From NCBI GenBank assembly GCA_963702425.1, contig CAVPCQ010000006.1, positions 64,001 to 128,000 of the forward strand: DNA of 64,000 nt, given 5' to 3'. Origin of the DNA: an uncultured Acidobacteriota bacterium (lineage in GTDB: Bacteria; Acidobacteriota; Polarisedimenticolia; J045). Positions 10,168 to 19,218 of the stretch are shown here, in pieces; positions within the stretch are counted from its first letter, which is position 1; every line of letters begins with the position of its first letter. The translations under genes and the position numbers were made by a program. Under the pieces are notes generated by a model. The model had not been told where the DNA came from. It saw nothing but the letters and a program-made list of their open reading frames with translations, and did no database searches.

Positions 10168-11397
10168 ATGATCGATCTGACCACGCTGTACGACGACGTC
10201 GCCGCGGAGGTGGCGCGCCAGGCCCCGCGGCTGGCGGGGCTGGCCCGCGACCTGCACCTGTCGCCGGAGCTGGGCTGCAGTGAGTTCCACGCGGTCACGC
10301 TGCTCTCGGGGACGCTCGAGGAGGAGCGGTTCCACGTCGAGACCGGGATCGCCGGGCTGCCGACCGCCTTTCGTGCCGAGCGGCGCGCCGGCGAGGGGCC
10401 GGCCGTCGCGTTCCTGGTCGAGTACGACGCCGTGCCGGGCCTCGGCCACGCGTGTGGTCACAACCTCATCGGGGCGGCAGCGTGCAGCGCCGCGATCGGG
10501 CTGGCCCGGGTACTGGGCGCGGTCCCGGGGCGGGTGCTCGTGTTCGGCGCGCCAGCCGAGGAAACGATCGGTGGCAAGGTCGTGCTGGCCGCGCGCGGCG
10601 CGTTCGAAGGGATCGACGTGGCGCTGCTGGCCCACCCGGGGAGCGAAGATCGGGCCGCGGTGACGAGCCTCGCGTCCTGGTCGGTCGAGGTCACCTTCCA
10701 CGGCCGGTCGGCCCACGCGGTGGCGTCACCGGAACAGGGGATCAACGCGCTGGACGCGATGATTCAGCTCTTCATCGCCCGCGACGCGCTGCTCAAGGCG
10801 CTGCGGCCCGAGGTCCGGATGCCGGGTGTGATCCTCGAAGGGGGGGTGCGCGCGAACGTGGTTCCGGACCGCGCGCGCGCGCGGTTCAGCCTGCGCGCGG
10901 CCGATGCCCGTTATCTCGTCGAGACGGTCGCCGCGCGCTTCCGCGGCGTGGTCGACGGGGTCGCCCGCGCGACCGGTACCAGCGCGACGATCGTGCCGAT
11001 CGACAACCTCTACGATGAGATGGTGAACAACCCGGTGCTGGCGGCGACCTATGAGCAAGAGGCCCGCCGGGCCGGGCTCGATCCGCGTCCCGGTCCCGGC
11101 GGGACGATCGGTTCCCTCGACATGGGGACGCTCTCGCACCTCGTGCCGGCGCTGCACCCGACCTTCCGCATCACCGGGTCCCCGGTCCCCACGCACACCC
11201 CCGAGTTCACCCGGGCCGCGGGCACGCCGCAGGCGATCGAGGCAACGGGCCGAGCGGCGCTGGCCCTGGCCCGGACGGGCCTGGCGGTGCTGAGCGACCC
11301 GGACCTGCTGGCGCGGGCGCAGGCCGCGCACCGTGCGGCGATCGGAGCCTGGCGCCGGATCGACGCGCCGGTGATCACCGAGCAGGGCGGACCGTGA
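10168..11397 (+). CDS. M20 family amidohydrolase (PM20D2/AbgB-like)
   Basis: EYDA, HACGHN, PAEE, GRSAHA, GINALDA. Confidence 0.9.
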   Translation: MIDLTTLYDDVAAEVARQAPRLAGLARDLHLSPELGCSEFHAVTLLSGTLEEERFHVETGIAGLPTAFRAERRAGEGPAVAFLVEYDAVPGLGHACGHNLIGAAACSAAIGLARVLGAVPGRVLVFGAPAEETIGGKVVLAARGAFEGIDVALLAHPGSEDRAAVTSLASWSVEVTFHGRSAHAVASPEQGINALDAMIQLFIARDALLKALRPEVRMPGVILEGGVRANVVPDRARARFSLRAADARYLVETVAARFRGVVDGVARATGTSATIVPIDNLYDEMVNNPVLAATYEQEARRAGLDPRPGPGGTIGSLDMGTLSHLVPALHPTFRITGSPVPTHTPEFTRAAGTPQAIEATGRAALALARTGLAVLSDPDLLARAQAAHRAAIGAWRRIDAPVITEQGGP

Positions 11398-12305
11398 AGC
11401 GACGCGTTCCGCCGCCGGTCCCGCGCGGGGGACGGATCGCGGTCGTCGCGCCGGGATCGTCGCTGCGGGACCCGGACGCGGTGCGAGCCGGGATGCGGCG
11501 CCTGGCGGGCTGGGGCTACGAGCCGGTCCCGGGACGATTCCTCCTGGCGCGTCACGGCGACCTCGCCGGCCGTGACCGGGACCGCCTGGACGACCTGATC
11601 TGGGCGCTGACCGACCCGTCGATCGACGCAGCCTGGGCGGCGCGCGGAGGCTGGGGGACGGCGCGCCTGCTGGCGGGCCTGGATCTCCGCGCGCTGGCCC
11701 GGCAACCGCGCTGGCTGATCGGGTTCTCAGATCTCAGCTCGCTCCAGCTCGCGCTCTTTCAGCGCGGCGTCGCCTCCTGGTATGCGCCGACCGTGGCCGA
11801 CCTCGCGGACCCGCGGCGCTACGTCGCCGCCGACCTGCGCGCGATGCTCGCTTCGCCGCGCGCCCCGCGCTGCCTGCGCGGCCGGGTGCTGGCCGGCCCC
11901 CGGAGACGGGTCGCGGGCCCGCTGGCCGGCGGCTGCCTCTCGCTCCTCGCCGCTGCCGCGGGCACCCCGTGGCAGCCCGACCTGCGGGGCGCCGTGGTCT
12001 TCCTCGAGGAGGTCGGCGAGGCGCCGTACCGCGTCGATCGCCTGCTGTGGCAGCTGCGCTCCGCGGGGATGCTCGACCGCATCGCCGGGCTGGCTCTCGG
12101 GCAGTTCACAGCCTGTGATCCGCTCCCGGGCCGCGCCTCGCGGCCGCTCGCGGCCGTGTTGCTCGAGCACGCCGAGGCACTCGGCGTGCCGGTGTTGGCC
12201 GGGTTGACGGTCGGCCACGGTCCGCGCGCCCGCGCGGTGCCGATCGGCTATCACGCGACGCTCGATCCCGGCGCCGGGACCCTGAGCCTGCGCCCCCCGC
12301 GCTGA
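11394..12305 (+). CDS. ldcA: LD-carboxypeptidase (peptidase S66)
   Basis: RGGWG, GFSD (Ser), FLEEVGE (Glu), GH (His). Confidence 0.9.
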   Translation: MKRRVPPPVPRGGRIAVVAPGSSLRDPDAVRAGMRRLAGWGYEPVPGRFLLARHGDLAGRDRDRLDDLIWALTDPSIDAAWAARGGWGTARLLAGLDLRALARQPRWLIGFSDLSSLQLALFQRGVASWYAPTVADLADPRRYVAADLRAMLASPRAPRCLRGRVLAGPRRRVAGPLAGGCLSLLAAAAGTPWQPDLRGAVVFLEEVGEAPYRVDRLLWQLRSAGMLDRIAGLALGQFTACDPLPGRASRPLAAVLLEHAEALGVPVLAGLTVGHGPRARAVPIGYHATLDPGAGTLSLRPPR

Positions 12306-12311
12306 CGCCCG

Positions 12312-13112
12312 ATGCAGAGCGACGCGGCGGTCACCGCGCTCGTGGTCGCCTACGACGGCCGACCGTTCGCCGGCTGGCAACTCCAGCCCGACGCGCCGAC
12401 CGTGCAGGGAACGCTCGAGTCGGCGCTGGCAACGATCCACGGTGCCCCGCGAAACGCGGTGGCGATCGTCGGCGCCGGCCGCACGGACAGCGGCGTGCAC
12501 GCGCTCGGACAGGTGGCGACGTACCGCGCGCCGAACCGGCGCGAGTTGCCGGAGCTGCTGCACGCGCTCGCCGGGCTGCTCCCGGACAGCGTCCGGGTCG
12601 TCGAAGCGCGCCGCCTGCCCGCTTCGTTTCACGCCTGTCGCTCGGCTACCGGCAAGCTCTACCGCTACCGGATCGTCAACCGCCGGATCGCACTGCCGTT
12701 CGAGAGCCCCTGGGCCTGGCTCGTCCGGCCGCCGCTCGACGTCAAGGCGATGCGCGCGGCGGCTGCGGCGCTCGTCGGTCGGCACGATTTCTCCGCCTTC
12801 GCGTCGGCGGGGTGGCAGCAGGAGCGCGGCCTCCGCACGCTGTTGCGCCTCGATCTGGTCGAGCGCCCGGGCGACACGCTGGAGCTGGATGCCGAGGCCA
12901 ACGGGTTCCTCTACCGCATGGTCCGCAACCTCGCCGGCTTCCTCGTCGACGTCGGCCTCGGCCGCCGCCGCCCGGACGAAGCCGAGGCTGTCCTGGCTTC
13001 GCGCGACAGGCGGCGGGCCGGCGGCACCGCGCCCGCGCAGGGGCTCTGCCTGGTGCGGGTCGCCTACGGTCCGGAGTGGGACGAGGCCGAGGGCGCAACT
13101 CTCCTGTTTTGA
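12312..13112 (+). CDS. truA: tRNA pseudouridine(38-40) synthase
   Basis: YDG..FAGWQ, GRTDSGVHA, HDFSAF, GFLYRMVR, APAQGLCL. Confidence 0.96.
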   Translation: MQSDAAVTALVVAYDGRPFAGWQLQPDAPTVQGTLESALATIHGAPRNAVAIVGAGRTDSGVHALGQVATYRAPNRRELPELLHALAGLLPDSVRVVEARRLPASFHACRSATGKLYRYRIVNRRIALPFESPWAWLVRPPLDVKAMRAAAAALVGRHDFSAFASAGWQQERGLRTLLRLDLVERPGDTLELDAEANGFLYRMVRNLAGFLVDVGLGRRRPDEAEAVLASRDRRRAGGTAPAQGLCLVRVAYGPEWDEAEGATLLF

Positions 13113-13170
13113 GCGGGTTCCGAGGGATGCTACATTCCCCGGGGCCGAGCCGGGCGGGGCGAGGAGTCCG

Positions 13171-14007
13171 ATGGTGCTGAAGCGGGAAACGCGGGGCGGG
13201 GGACGACGCGCGAGGGCCAGCGACGACGCGCCGGAGGACCCGCTCGCGCTGATCGACTTCACGCGCCTGCCGCGGCACGTCGCCGTGATCATGGACGGCA
13301 ACGGACGGTGGGCCGGGGCGCGGCACTTGCCGCGGATCGCCGGCCACCGGGCGGGCATCGCGGCCGTCCGCGAGGTCGTCGAGGGGGCCGCGCGCCTCGG
13401 GATCGAGGTCCTGACGCTCTACGCGTTCAGTCGCGAGAACTGGAGCAGGCCAGCCCCCGAAGTCAACGCGCTGATGCGTCTGCTGCGGGACTACCTCGAC
13501 GCCGAGCTGGCCACGCTGCTCGAGCGCAACATCCGCTTTCGCGCGATCGGCCGGATCGAGGAGCTGCCGGCGCCGGTTCGGACCGCGCTGGCCGAGGCCG
13601 AGGAGCGGACCGCGACGAACACCGGGATGCTCTTCCTGATCGCGCTCTCGTACTCCGGCCGCGCCGAGCTGGCCGATGCGGCGCGGGCGCTCGCCGAGGA
13701 CGCGGCGGCGGGCCGCCTCGACCCGGCCGCGATCGACGAGGCCGCACTCGCGGCGCGACTCGCCACCGCCGATGCGCCCGACCCGGACCTGCTGATCCGC
13801 AGCTCGGGAGAGTTGCGCCTGTCGAATTTCCTGCTCTGGCAATTGGCGTACGCGGAGATCTGGGTCACCCCCGTGCTCTGGCCCGACTTCCGGCGCTGCC
13901 ACCTCCACGAAGCCGTCGTGGATTTCCAGCGCCGCGAGCGGCGCTTCGGCGGCGTGGTGCCCGCCGTGATGCGGCCCCGCGCGGCCCGCGGGCGCGTGCT
14001 CTCGTGA
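13171..14007 (+). CDS. uppS: Undecaprenyl diphosphate synthase
   Basis: HVAVIMDGNGRW, YAFSRENW, RSSGELRLSNFLLWQ. Confidence 0.96.
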   Translation: MVLKRETRGGGRRARASDDAPEDPLALIDFTRLPRHVAVIMDGNGRWAGARHLPRIAGHRAGIAAVREVVEGAARLGIEVLTLYAFSRENWSRPAPEVNALMRLLRDYLDAELATLLERNIRFRAIGRIEELPAPVRTALAEAEERTATNTGMLFLIALSYSGRAELADAARALAEDAAAGRLDPAAIDEAALAARLATADAPDPDLLIRSSGELRLSNFLLWQLAYAEIWVTPVLWPDFRRCHLHEAVVDFQRRERRFGGVVPAVMRPRAARGRVLS

Positions 14008-14813
14008 CGCGCATCCTGACCGCGCTGGTCCTCGCGGCGATCGTCGTCCCCGCCGTGAAATGGGCCCCGCCGTGGGCCTGGTGGGCGCTCGTGCTGGTCG
14101 GAGGCCTCGGAGCCGTCGTGGAAATGCAGGCGATGCTCGCTCGCCTGGGACGGACACCCTGGTTGGCGCTGAGCGCGGCCGGGACGGTCGCCATCGCCCT
14201 GTCGATCGGCTTCGCGCCGGCGGCCACGCCGCCGCTCCTGACGGCGCTGGTGCTGGTCACGCTGCTCGTCGCGCTGGCGGCCCGCGGCCCGCTGGCGCCG
14301 CGCGTCGACCGCGTGCTGGGGACGCTGTTCGTCGTCGCCTACCTGGGACTCACCGGCGGCTATCTCGGCGCGCTGGGGACGATCCAGCTGCCGGGAGCGA
14401 CCGATCGCGGCGACATGCTCATCCTGGCCATGGTCGCGGTCTACGTCGGAGACATCTCCGCCTACTACGGCGGGCGGACCTTCGGCCGCCACAGGCTGGC
14501 CCCCGTCATCTCGCCGAAGAAGACGTGGGAGGGGCTGCTCGCGGGCCTGGTCGGCTCCGTTGCGGGAGCCCTGCTCGCCCCCTTCTGGTTCGCGCGGGCG
14601 CTGCCGGTGCGCCACGCGATCGCGCTCGGGCTGCTCCTGGGCGGCGTCGGAGTCGCCGGCGACCTGGTCGAGTCGCTGCTGAAGCGCGCCGCGGAGGTCA
14701 AGGACTCGGGGACGCTGCTGCCGGGTCACGGCGGGATCCTCGACCGCATCGACAGCCTGCTTTTCGCGGCTCCGGTGCTGTACTGGTACTACCTCCTCTT
14801 CCTGGCTGGGTGA
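14004..14813 (+). CDS. cdsA: Phosphatidate cytidylyltransferase
   Basis: SPKKTWEG, GDLVESLLKR, KDSG...PGHGGILDRIDS. Confidence 0.95.
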   Translation: MTRILTALVLAAIVVPAVKWAPPWAWWALVLVGGLGAVVEMQAMLARLGRTPWLALSAAGTVAIALSIGFAPAATPPLLTALVLVTLLVALAARGPLAPRVDRVLGTLFVVAYLGLTGGYLGALGTIQLPGATDRGDMLILAMVAVYVGDISAYYGGRTFGRHRLAPVISPKKTWEGLLAGLVGSVAGALLAPFWFARALPVRHAIALGLLLGGVGVAGDLVESLLKRAAEVKDSGTLLPGHGGILDRIDSLLFAAPVLYWYYLLFLAG

Positions 14814-14874
14814 ACCTCCGGAAGCCCTCTACAATGAACCTCTTGGGAGCCTGACAGGTCCCGGAGAGAACCGC

Positions 14875-16044
14875 GTGCCCCGTCGCGTCGCCATCCTCGG
14901 CTCGACCGGATCGATCGGGCGCAACACGCTCGACGTGATCCGCCGCCACCCCGGCCGCTTCGAGGTCGTGGGGCTGGTCGCCGGCCGGCAGGTGCACCGC
15001 CTCGCGGAACAGGTGCGGGAGTTCCGCCCCCGCGCGGTGGCCGTCGCCGACGACGCGGCGCGGCGGGAACTGGCCGGGCTGCTTGGCGACCGTGTCCCGG
15101 AGATCCGGGTCGGGGAGGCGGGTGCCGCCGAGGTGACGGTCGGGACCGGTGCGGAGGTCGTCGTCGCGGCGATCGTCGGGGCGGCCGGGCTGGTTCCCGT
15201 GCTCGCCGCCTGCTCGGCGGGCGTCGTGGTGGCGCTGGCCAACAAGGAGGCGCTCGTCGTCGCCGGCGAGCTGATGGTCCGCGCGGCGCGCGAGAACGGC
15301 GCCACGATCGTCCCGGTCGACAGCGAGCACAGCGCGATCCACCAGTGCCTGCGCTCGGGCGGGCACGGGGAGGGCCGGCGGGTCGTGTTGACGGCGTCGG
15401 GCGGCCCCTTCCGCGGGTGCCGGCGACACGAGCTCGAGCGCGTCACGCACGCCGAGGCGCTGCGCCATCCGACCTGGCAGATGGGCCCGAAGATCACGAT
15501 CGACTCGGCCACGCTGATGAACAAGGGGCTCGAGGTGATCGAGGCGCACTGGCTGTTCGGGATGAGCCCGACGCAGATCGACGTGCTCGTCCACCCGCAG
15601 AGCATCGTCCACAGCATGGTCGAGTTCCGGGACGGATCGGTGATCGCGCAGCTCGGGCTCGCCGACATGCGGGTGCCGATCCAGTACGCGCTCGACTGGC
15701 CGGCGCGCCGCGACGGGATCACGGAAACGCTCGATCTCGCGGCGATCGGGACCCTCACCTTCGAGCGGCCCGATCGCGAGGCGTTCCGCTGCCTCGATCT
15801 CGCCTACCGCGCGATCGAGGAGGGCGGGGACGCGCCAGCGCGCCTCAACGCCGCGAACGAGGTCGCGGTCGATGCGTTCCTCCACGGGCGGATCGGCTTC
15901 CTGGACATCCCGCGCGTCATCGAACGCGAGCTCGATCGCGCCCCGGCCGAGCCGGTCTTCGAGCTGGCAGACCTGGTCAGGAGCGATACGCACGCCCGGC
16001 GCGAGGCCCGCGCCCTCATCGAACGGGAGCGGAGCACACCGTGA
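14875..16044 (+). CDS. dxr: 1-deoxy-D-xylulose-5-phosphate reductoisomerase
   Basis: GSTGSIG, LANKE, PVDSEH, TASGGPF, DSATLMNKGLE. Confidence 0.97.
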   Translation: MPRRVAILGSTGSIGRNTLDVIRRHPGRFEVVGLVAGRQVHRLAEQVREFRPRAVAVADDAARRELAGLLGDRVPEIRVGEAGAAEVTVGTGAEVVVAAIVGAAGLVPVLAACSAGVVVALANKEALVVAGELMVRAARENGATIVPVDSEHSAIHQCLRSGGHGEGRRVVLTASGGPFRGCRRHELERVTHAEALRHPTWQMGPKITIDSATLMNKGLEVIEAHWLFGMSPTQIDVLVHPQSIVHSMVEFRDGSVIAQLGLADMRVPIQYALDWPARRDGITETLDLAAIGTLTFERPDREAFRCLDLAYRAIEEGGDAPARLNAANEVAVDAFLHGRIGFLDIPRVIERELDRAPAEPVFELADLVRSDTHARREARALIERERSTP

Positions 16045-17420
16045 TCGACATGCTGTTGCGCGCCGCCGCGCTGATCGTCGTGCTGGGGATCCTGGTCTTC
16101 ATCCACGAGCTCGGCCACTTCCTGGCCGCGAAGCGGTTCGGGGTGCGGGTCGATGTCTTCTCGCTCGGATTCGGTTCGCGCGTCGTCGGCTTCCGGCGCG
16201 GCGAGACCGACTACCGCCTGTCGGCGATCCCGTTGGGCGGCTACGTCAAGATGCTCGGGCAGGCCGACATTCCCGACCAGGAGGCGGCGGCGGTCCAGTC
16301 CGCGCTCGATCCGCACTCCTACCTGGCCAAGCCGCGCTGGAAGCGCCTCGTGATCCTCTTCGCCGGACCGGCGATGAACGTCCTGCTGGCCCTTCTGATC
16401 TGGTGGGGCCTCTTCATGGTGGGGACCGAGACGCTCGACATCCCGGAGGGGCCGCCCCAGGTCGAAGCCCTCGAGACGGGGTCCCCGGCCGAGAAGGGCG
16501 GCCTGCTGCCGGGCGACCGGATCGTCGCGATCGCCGGCAAGCCGGTCAGCTCGGTCGACGACTACGAGAAGGTCGTGCTCTTCAGTCCCGGACAGTCGCT
16601 CTCGTACCGCATCGAGCGCGGGTCCGAGACGCTGACGCGCGAGGTCACACCCCAGACCCATCCGGTGTACGGCGTCGGCGTCGATGGCGTGCGGATCCGG
16701 ATCCCGATCCTCGTGCAGAGCGTCGTCCCGGGTGGGCCGGCGGAGCAGGCGGGCTTCCGTGCGGGGGACCGGATCCTCGAGGTGAATGGCCGGATTCCCG
16801 GCGGGCAGAACGCCGTCGCGACGCTGGTCGAGGAGTTCAAGGGGAAGCCGGTCCAGGTCTCGCTCCTGCGCGACGGGGCCAAGACGATCGTGGAGGTCGT
16901 CCCGCAGGCCGCCGACGGCGGCCGGGCCCGGATCGGCGTGATGTTGACCTATCCCAGCAAGCGGGTGCAGTTCGGCCCGCTCCGTGCGGCCGAGGAGTCG
17001 GTGAAGCTGGCGTGGCAGAATGCCGGCCTGCTCTTCGAGACGCTGTCGAAGCTGTTCACGGGCGCCGTCGGACTGCAGGTGATGTCGGGGCCGATCGAGA
17101 TCGCGCGGATCTCCAAGGAACAGGCGTCGCTGGGCTTGCAGCCGTTCCTTTATTTCCTCGCCTTCATCAGCCTGCAGCTGGGCATCTTCAACCTGCTACC
17201 GATCCCAGTGCTCGACGGTGGGCACATCCTGATCCTGCTCGTCGAGTCGGCGATGCGTCGCGATCTCTCGATGCGGCTGAAGGAGCGCGTGCTGCAGGCC
17301 GGCTTCGTCTTCCTGATCGTCTTCGCAGTGGCGGTGATCGGGATGGACTTCCTGAAGAGCTACCGCCGCACCGTCGCGGAATCGCCGCGACCCGCGGCCG
17401 AGGCTCCAGCCAGGCCGTAG
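16041..17420 (+). CDS. rseP: RIP metalloprotease with two PDZ domains
   Basis: HELGH, FSLGFG, PLGGYVKM, NLLPIPVLDGGH. Confidence 0.95.
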   Translation: MIDMLLRAAALIVVLGILVFIHELGHFLAAKRFGVRVDVFSLGFGSRVVGFRRGETDYRLSAIPLGGYVKMLGQADIPDQEAAAVQSALDPHSYLAKPRWKRLVILFAGPAMNVLLALLIWWGLFMVGTETLDIPEGPPQVEALETGSPAEKGGLLPGDRIVAIAGKPVSSVDDYEKVVLFSPGQSLSYRIERGSETLTREVTPQTHPVYGVGVDGVRIRIPILVQSVVPGGPAEQAGFRAGDRILEVNGRIPGGQNAVATLVEEFKGKPVQVSLLRDGAKTIVEVVPQAADGGRARIGVMLTYPSKRVQFGPLRAAEESVKLAWQNAGLLFETLSKLFTGAVGLQVMSGPIEIARISKEQASLGLQPFLYFLAFISLQLGIFNLLPIPVLDGGHILILLVESAMRRDLSMRLKERVLQAGFVFLIVFAVAVIGMDFLKSYRRTVAESPRPAAEAPARP

Positions 17421-17625
17421 GGGCCGGCCTCCGTGCCGGCCCGCATCGCGACGATGTGACATGGGGGCCGCCACAGAGGGCGGCAACAACCGGGCCGCCA
17501 CAGAGGGCGGCAACAACCGGGCCGCCACAGAGGGCGGCAACAACCGGGCCGCCACAGAGGGCGGCAACAACCGGGCCGCCACAGAGGGCGGCAACAACCG
17601 GGCCGCCACAGAGGGCGGCCCCTAC
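17417..17625. repeat. GTAG-type REP doublet containing a 27-bp tandem array
   Basis: GTAGGGGCCGGCCTCCGTGCCGGCCCG (17417-17443); five copies of GGGCCGCCACAGAGGGCGGCAACAACC (17465-17599); terminal inverted REP ending CCCCTAC (17625). Confidence 0.9.
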
Positions 17626-17957
17626 TTGCGGTTCTTGAAGTCGCCGAGGACGATCTTCTCGTTCCCCTCGGCGGCGCGCATCAGCTTCACGGCCCAGCCT
17701 CTCCCCTCGGCGATCCGCCGCGCGATCGGCTCCGGGTACTCTTCCTCCAACCCGCGCCGCACGTAGGGGAAGTCGAAATCGGCGGGGAGCGCCTCGTCGA
17801 GGAACCAGAGCAGGAACTCCAGCGTCAGCCGCTTCTCGAACCCCTCCTCGGCGCGCTCCTCGGTGCGGTACTCGGCGCGCGAGAGGACGTCGCGCTCGAG
17901 CAGGTGGCGCAGGATGAACAGGAGCTTGTCGCGGGAGTACTGGAACTCTCGGTCCAT
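17622..17957 (-). CDS. Hypothetical protein (111 aa, helical, charged)
   Basis: MDREFQYSRDKLLFILRHLLE...; GC3-biased codons; GGGGA before ATG. Confidence 0.75.
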   Translation of the reverse strand: MDREFQYSRDKLLFILRHLLERDVLSRAEYRTEERAEEGFEKRLTLEFLLWFLDEALPADFDFPYVRRGLEEEYPEPIARRIAEGRGWAVKLMRAAEGNEKIVLGDFKNRK

Positions 17958-18077
17958 GGCTGTTCCCCGGGGCAGGATAGCGCGGAGCGGTGTCCGGCGG
18001 CGGACGCGCTGTCCGGGGCGACCGGCCGCCGCCGGACAGGGAGTGAATGCAGCCCCCCCCGCTGCGCCGTCTTCCCG

Positions 18078-18093
18078 CGGCACGCGGCTTGCC
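18078..18093 (+). promoter_or_regulatory. Putative sigma54 (-24/-12) promoter of the comEA operon
   Basis: CGGCACG-CGGC-TTGCC, about 40 bp upstream of ATG 18135. Confidence 0.6.
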
Positions 18094-18134
18094 TCTCTCG
18101 TGCCGGGCGCGCCCATGCGCCCGGGAGGTAGACG

Positions 18135-18482
18135 ATGAGCCGAGCGATCCCTGCCGCGTTCCTGGTGTTCCTTGCAGTGAGTTGCACACTGGTCCTCGGC
18201 GGTCCGACGACCGTCGCCCGGGCGGCCGAGGCCGCGCCTTCCGTCGCTCGCACCGCACCCCCCGCCGGAGCGGCAGTGAACGTCAACACGGCCGGGGTCC
18301 AGGAGCTGATGAGCCTTCCCGGCGTGGGTCCCGCGCTCGCCGGCCGAATCGTCGAGCAGCGGAAGCAGAGCGGTCCGTTTCGCCGCGCGGAAGACCTGCT
18401 CGCCGTGCGCGGGGTGGGCCCCAAGCTGCTGGCGAAGATCAAGGATCGGCTGACATTCGACGCGCCGGGCACCCCCCGGTGA
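18135..18482 (+). CDS. comEA: ComEA family helix-hairpin-helix DNA-binding protein
   Basis: Signal peptide; VNVNTA..ELMSLPGVG..LAGRIVE..GPFR..EDLLAVRGVG. Confidence 0.9.
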   Translation: MSRAIPAAFLVFLAVSCTLVLGGPTTVARAAEAAPSVARTAPPAGAAVNVNTAGVQELMSLPGVGPALAGRIVEQRKQSGPFRRAEDLLAVRGVGPKLLAKIKDRLTFDAPGTPR

Positions 18483-19081
18483 ACGGCCCGCGCGGCGCTC
18501 GAGGCCAGACCCTGCTGGGAGTACTCGTCACCGTCGCGGCCCTCGCGCTCGTCGCCGGAGTGGCCGCGGATCGGCTGCGCCCCGCCGTTCAGGGGCGCGC
18601 AGTCGAGGGAGCCGCCCAGACGCTGGCGGCCCGCATGCGGGCACTCGCGCGCGCCGCGCAGCGCGACGGGCACGCCCGGGCGCTGGTCTTCTCCACGGCG
18701 GGAAACGGGGAGCCGGTCCGCGAGGCGTACGACGCCGCTGGCGACGGCATCCGGCGGCGCGGCGTGGCGGATGGACGCGATCCCGCGGGCGCCGGCTACC
18801 GCCTGGCGCGGGACCATCCCGGCGTGCGGCTGGGCCGTCCGCCCTGGCCGCGCATTCGCGAGATCCCGCCTGCGGGCGGCACGATCGGAGTCGAAGAGCC
18901 CTCCGTGCGCTTCGGTGCTGGGAGAATGACCGTGTTCGATCCAGCGGGTCACGCCACCGCAGGCTCGCTGTTCGTCTCGGACGGGACCGATGCCCTGTGC
19001 GCCGTGGTGGTCTATGGCGTGACCGCACGCGTCCAGGTCTGGTGCTACGAGCGGGCCCGGCGCACGTGGACGCGGCGTTGA
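18479..19081 (+). CDS. GspH/FimT-like pseudopilin
   Basis: RG|QTLLGVLVTVAALALV prepilin-like N-terminus; FDPAGHATAGSLFV...VVVYGVTARV C-terminus. Confidence 0.7.
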   Translation: MNGPRGARGQTLLGVLVTVAALALVAGVAADRLRPAVQGRAVEGAAQTLAARMRALARAAQRDGHARALVFSTAGNGEPVREAYDAAGDGIRRRGVADGRDPAGAGYRLARDHPGVRLGRPPWPRIREIPPAGGTIGVEEPSVRFGAGRMTVFDPAGHATAGSLFVSDGTDALCAVVVYGVTARVQVWCYERARRTWTRR

Positions 19082-19218
19082 TCGCGCCTGCGCCGGGGTG
19101 CTAGCATCGCCGAACCCCACCCGGGGACGAGTGTGCCGCCTCTCCGCCCGCCCGAGCTTCGCGGGCGTGGTTCTTCCGATTCGTCGATGGCGAGGTGGTA
19201 CGGCAGGCGAGGTGCACT

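Noticed and set aside
17465-17625. CRISPR array
   Set aside because: Units are head-to-tail with no unique spacers, there are no cas genes, and the unit derives from the local REP
19082-19218. Glycine riboswitch upstream of gcvT
   Set aside because: The conserved GGAGA / CCGAAG / CTCTCAGG elements are absent
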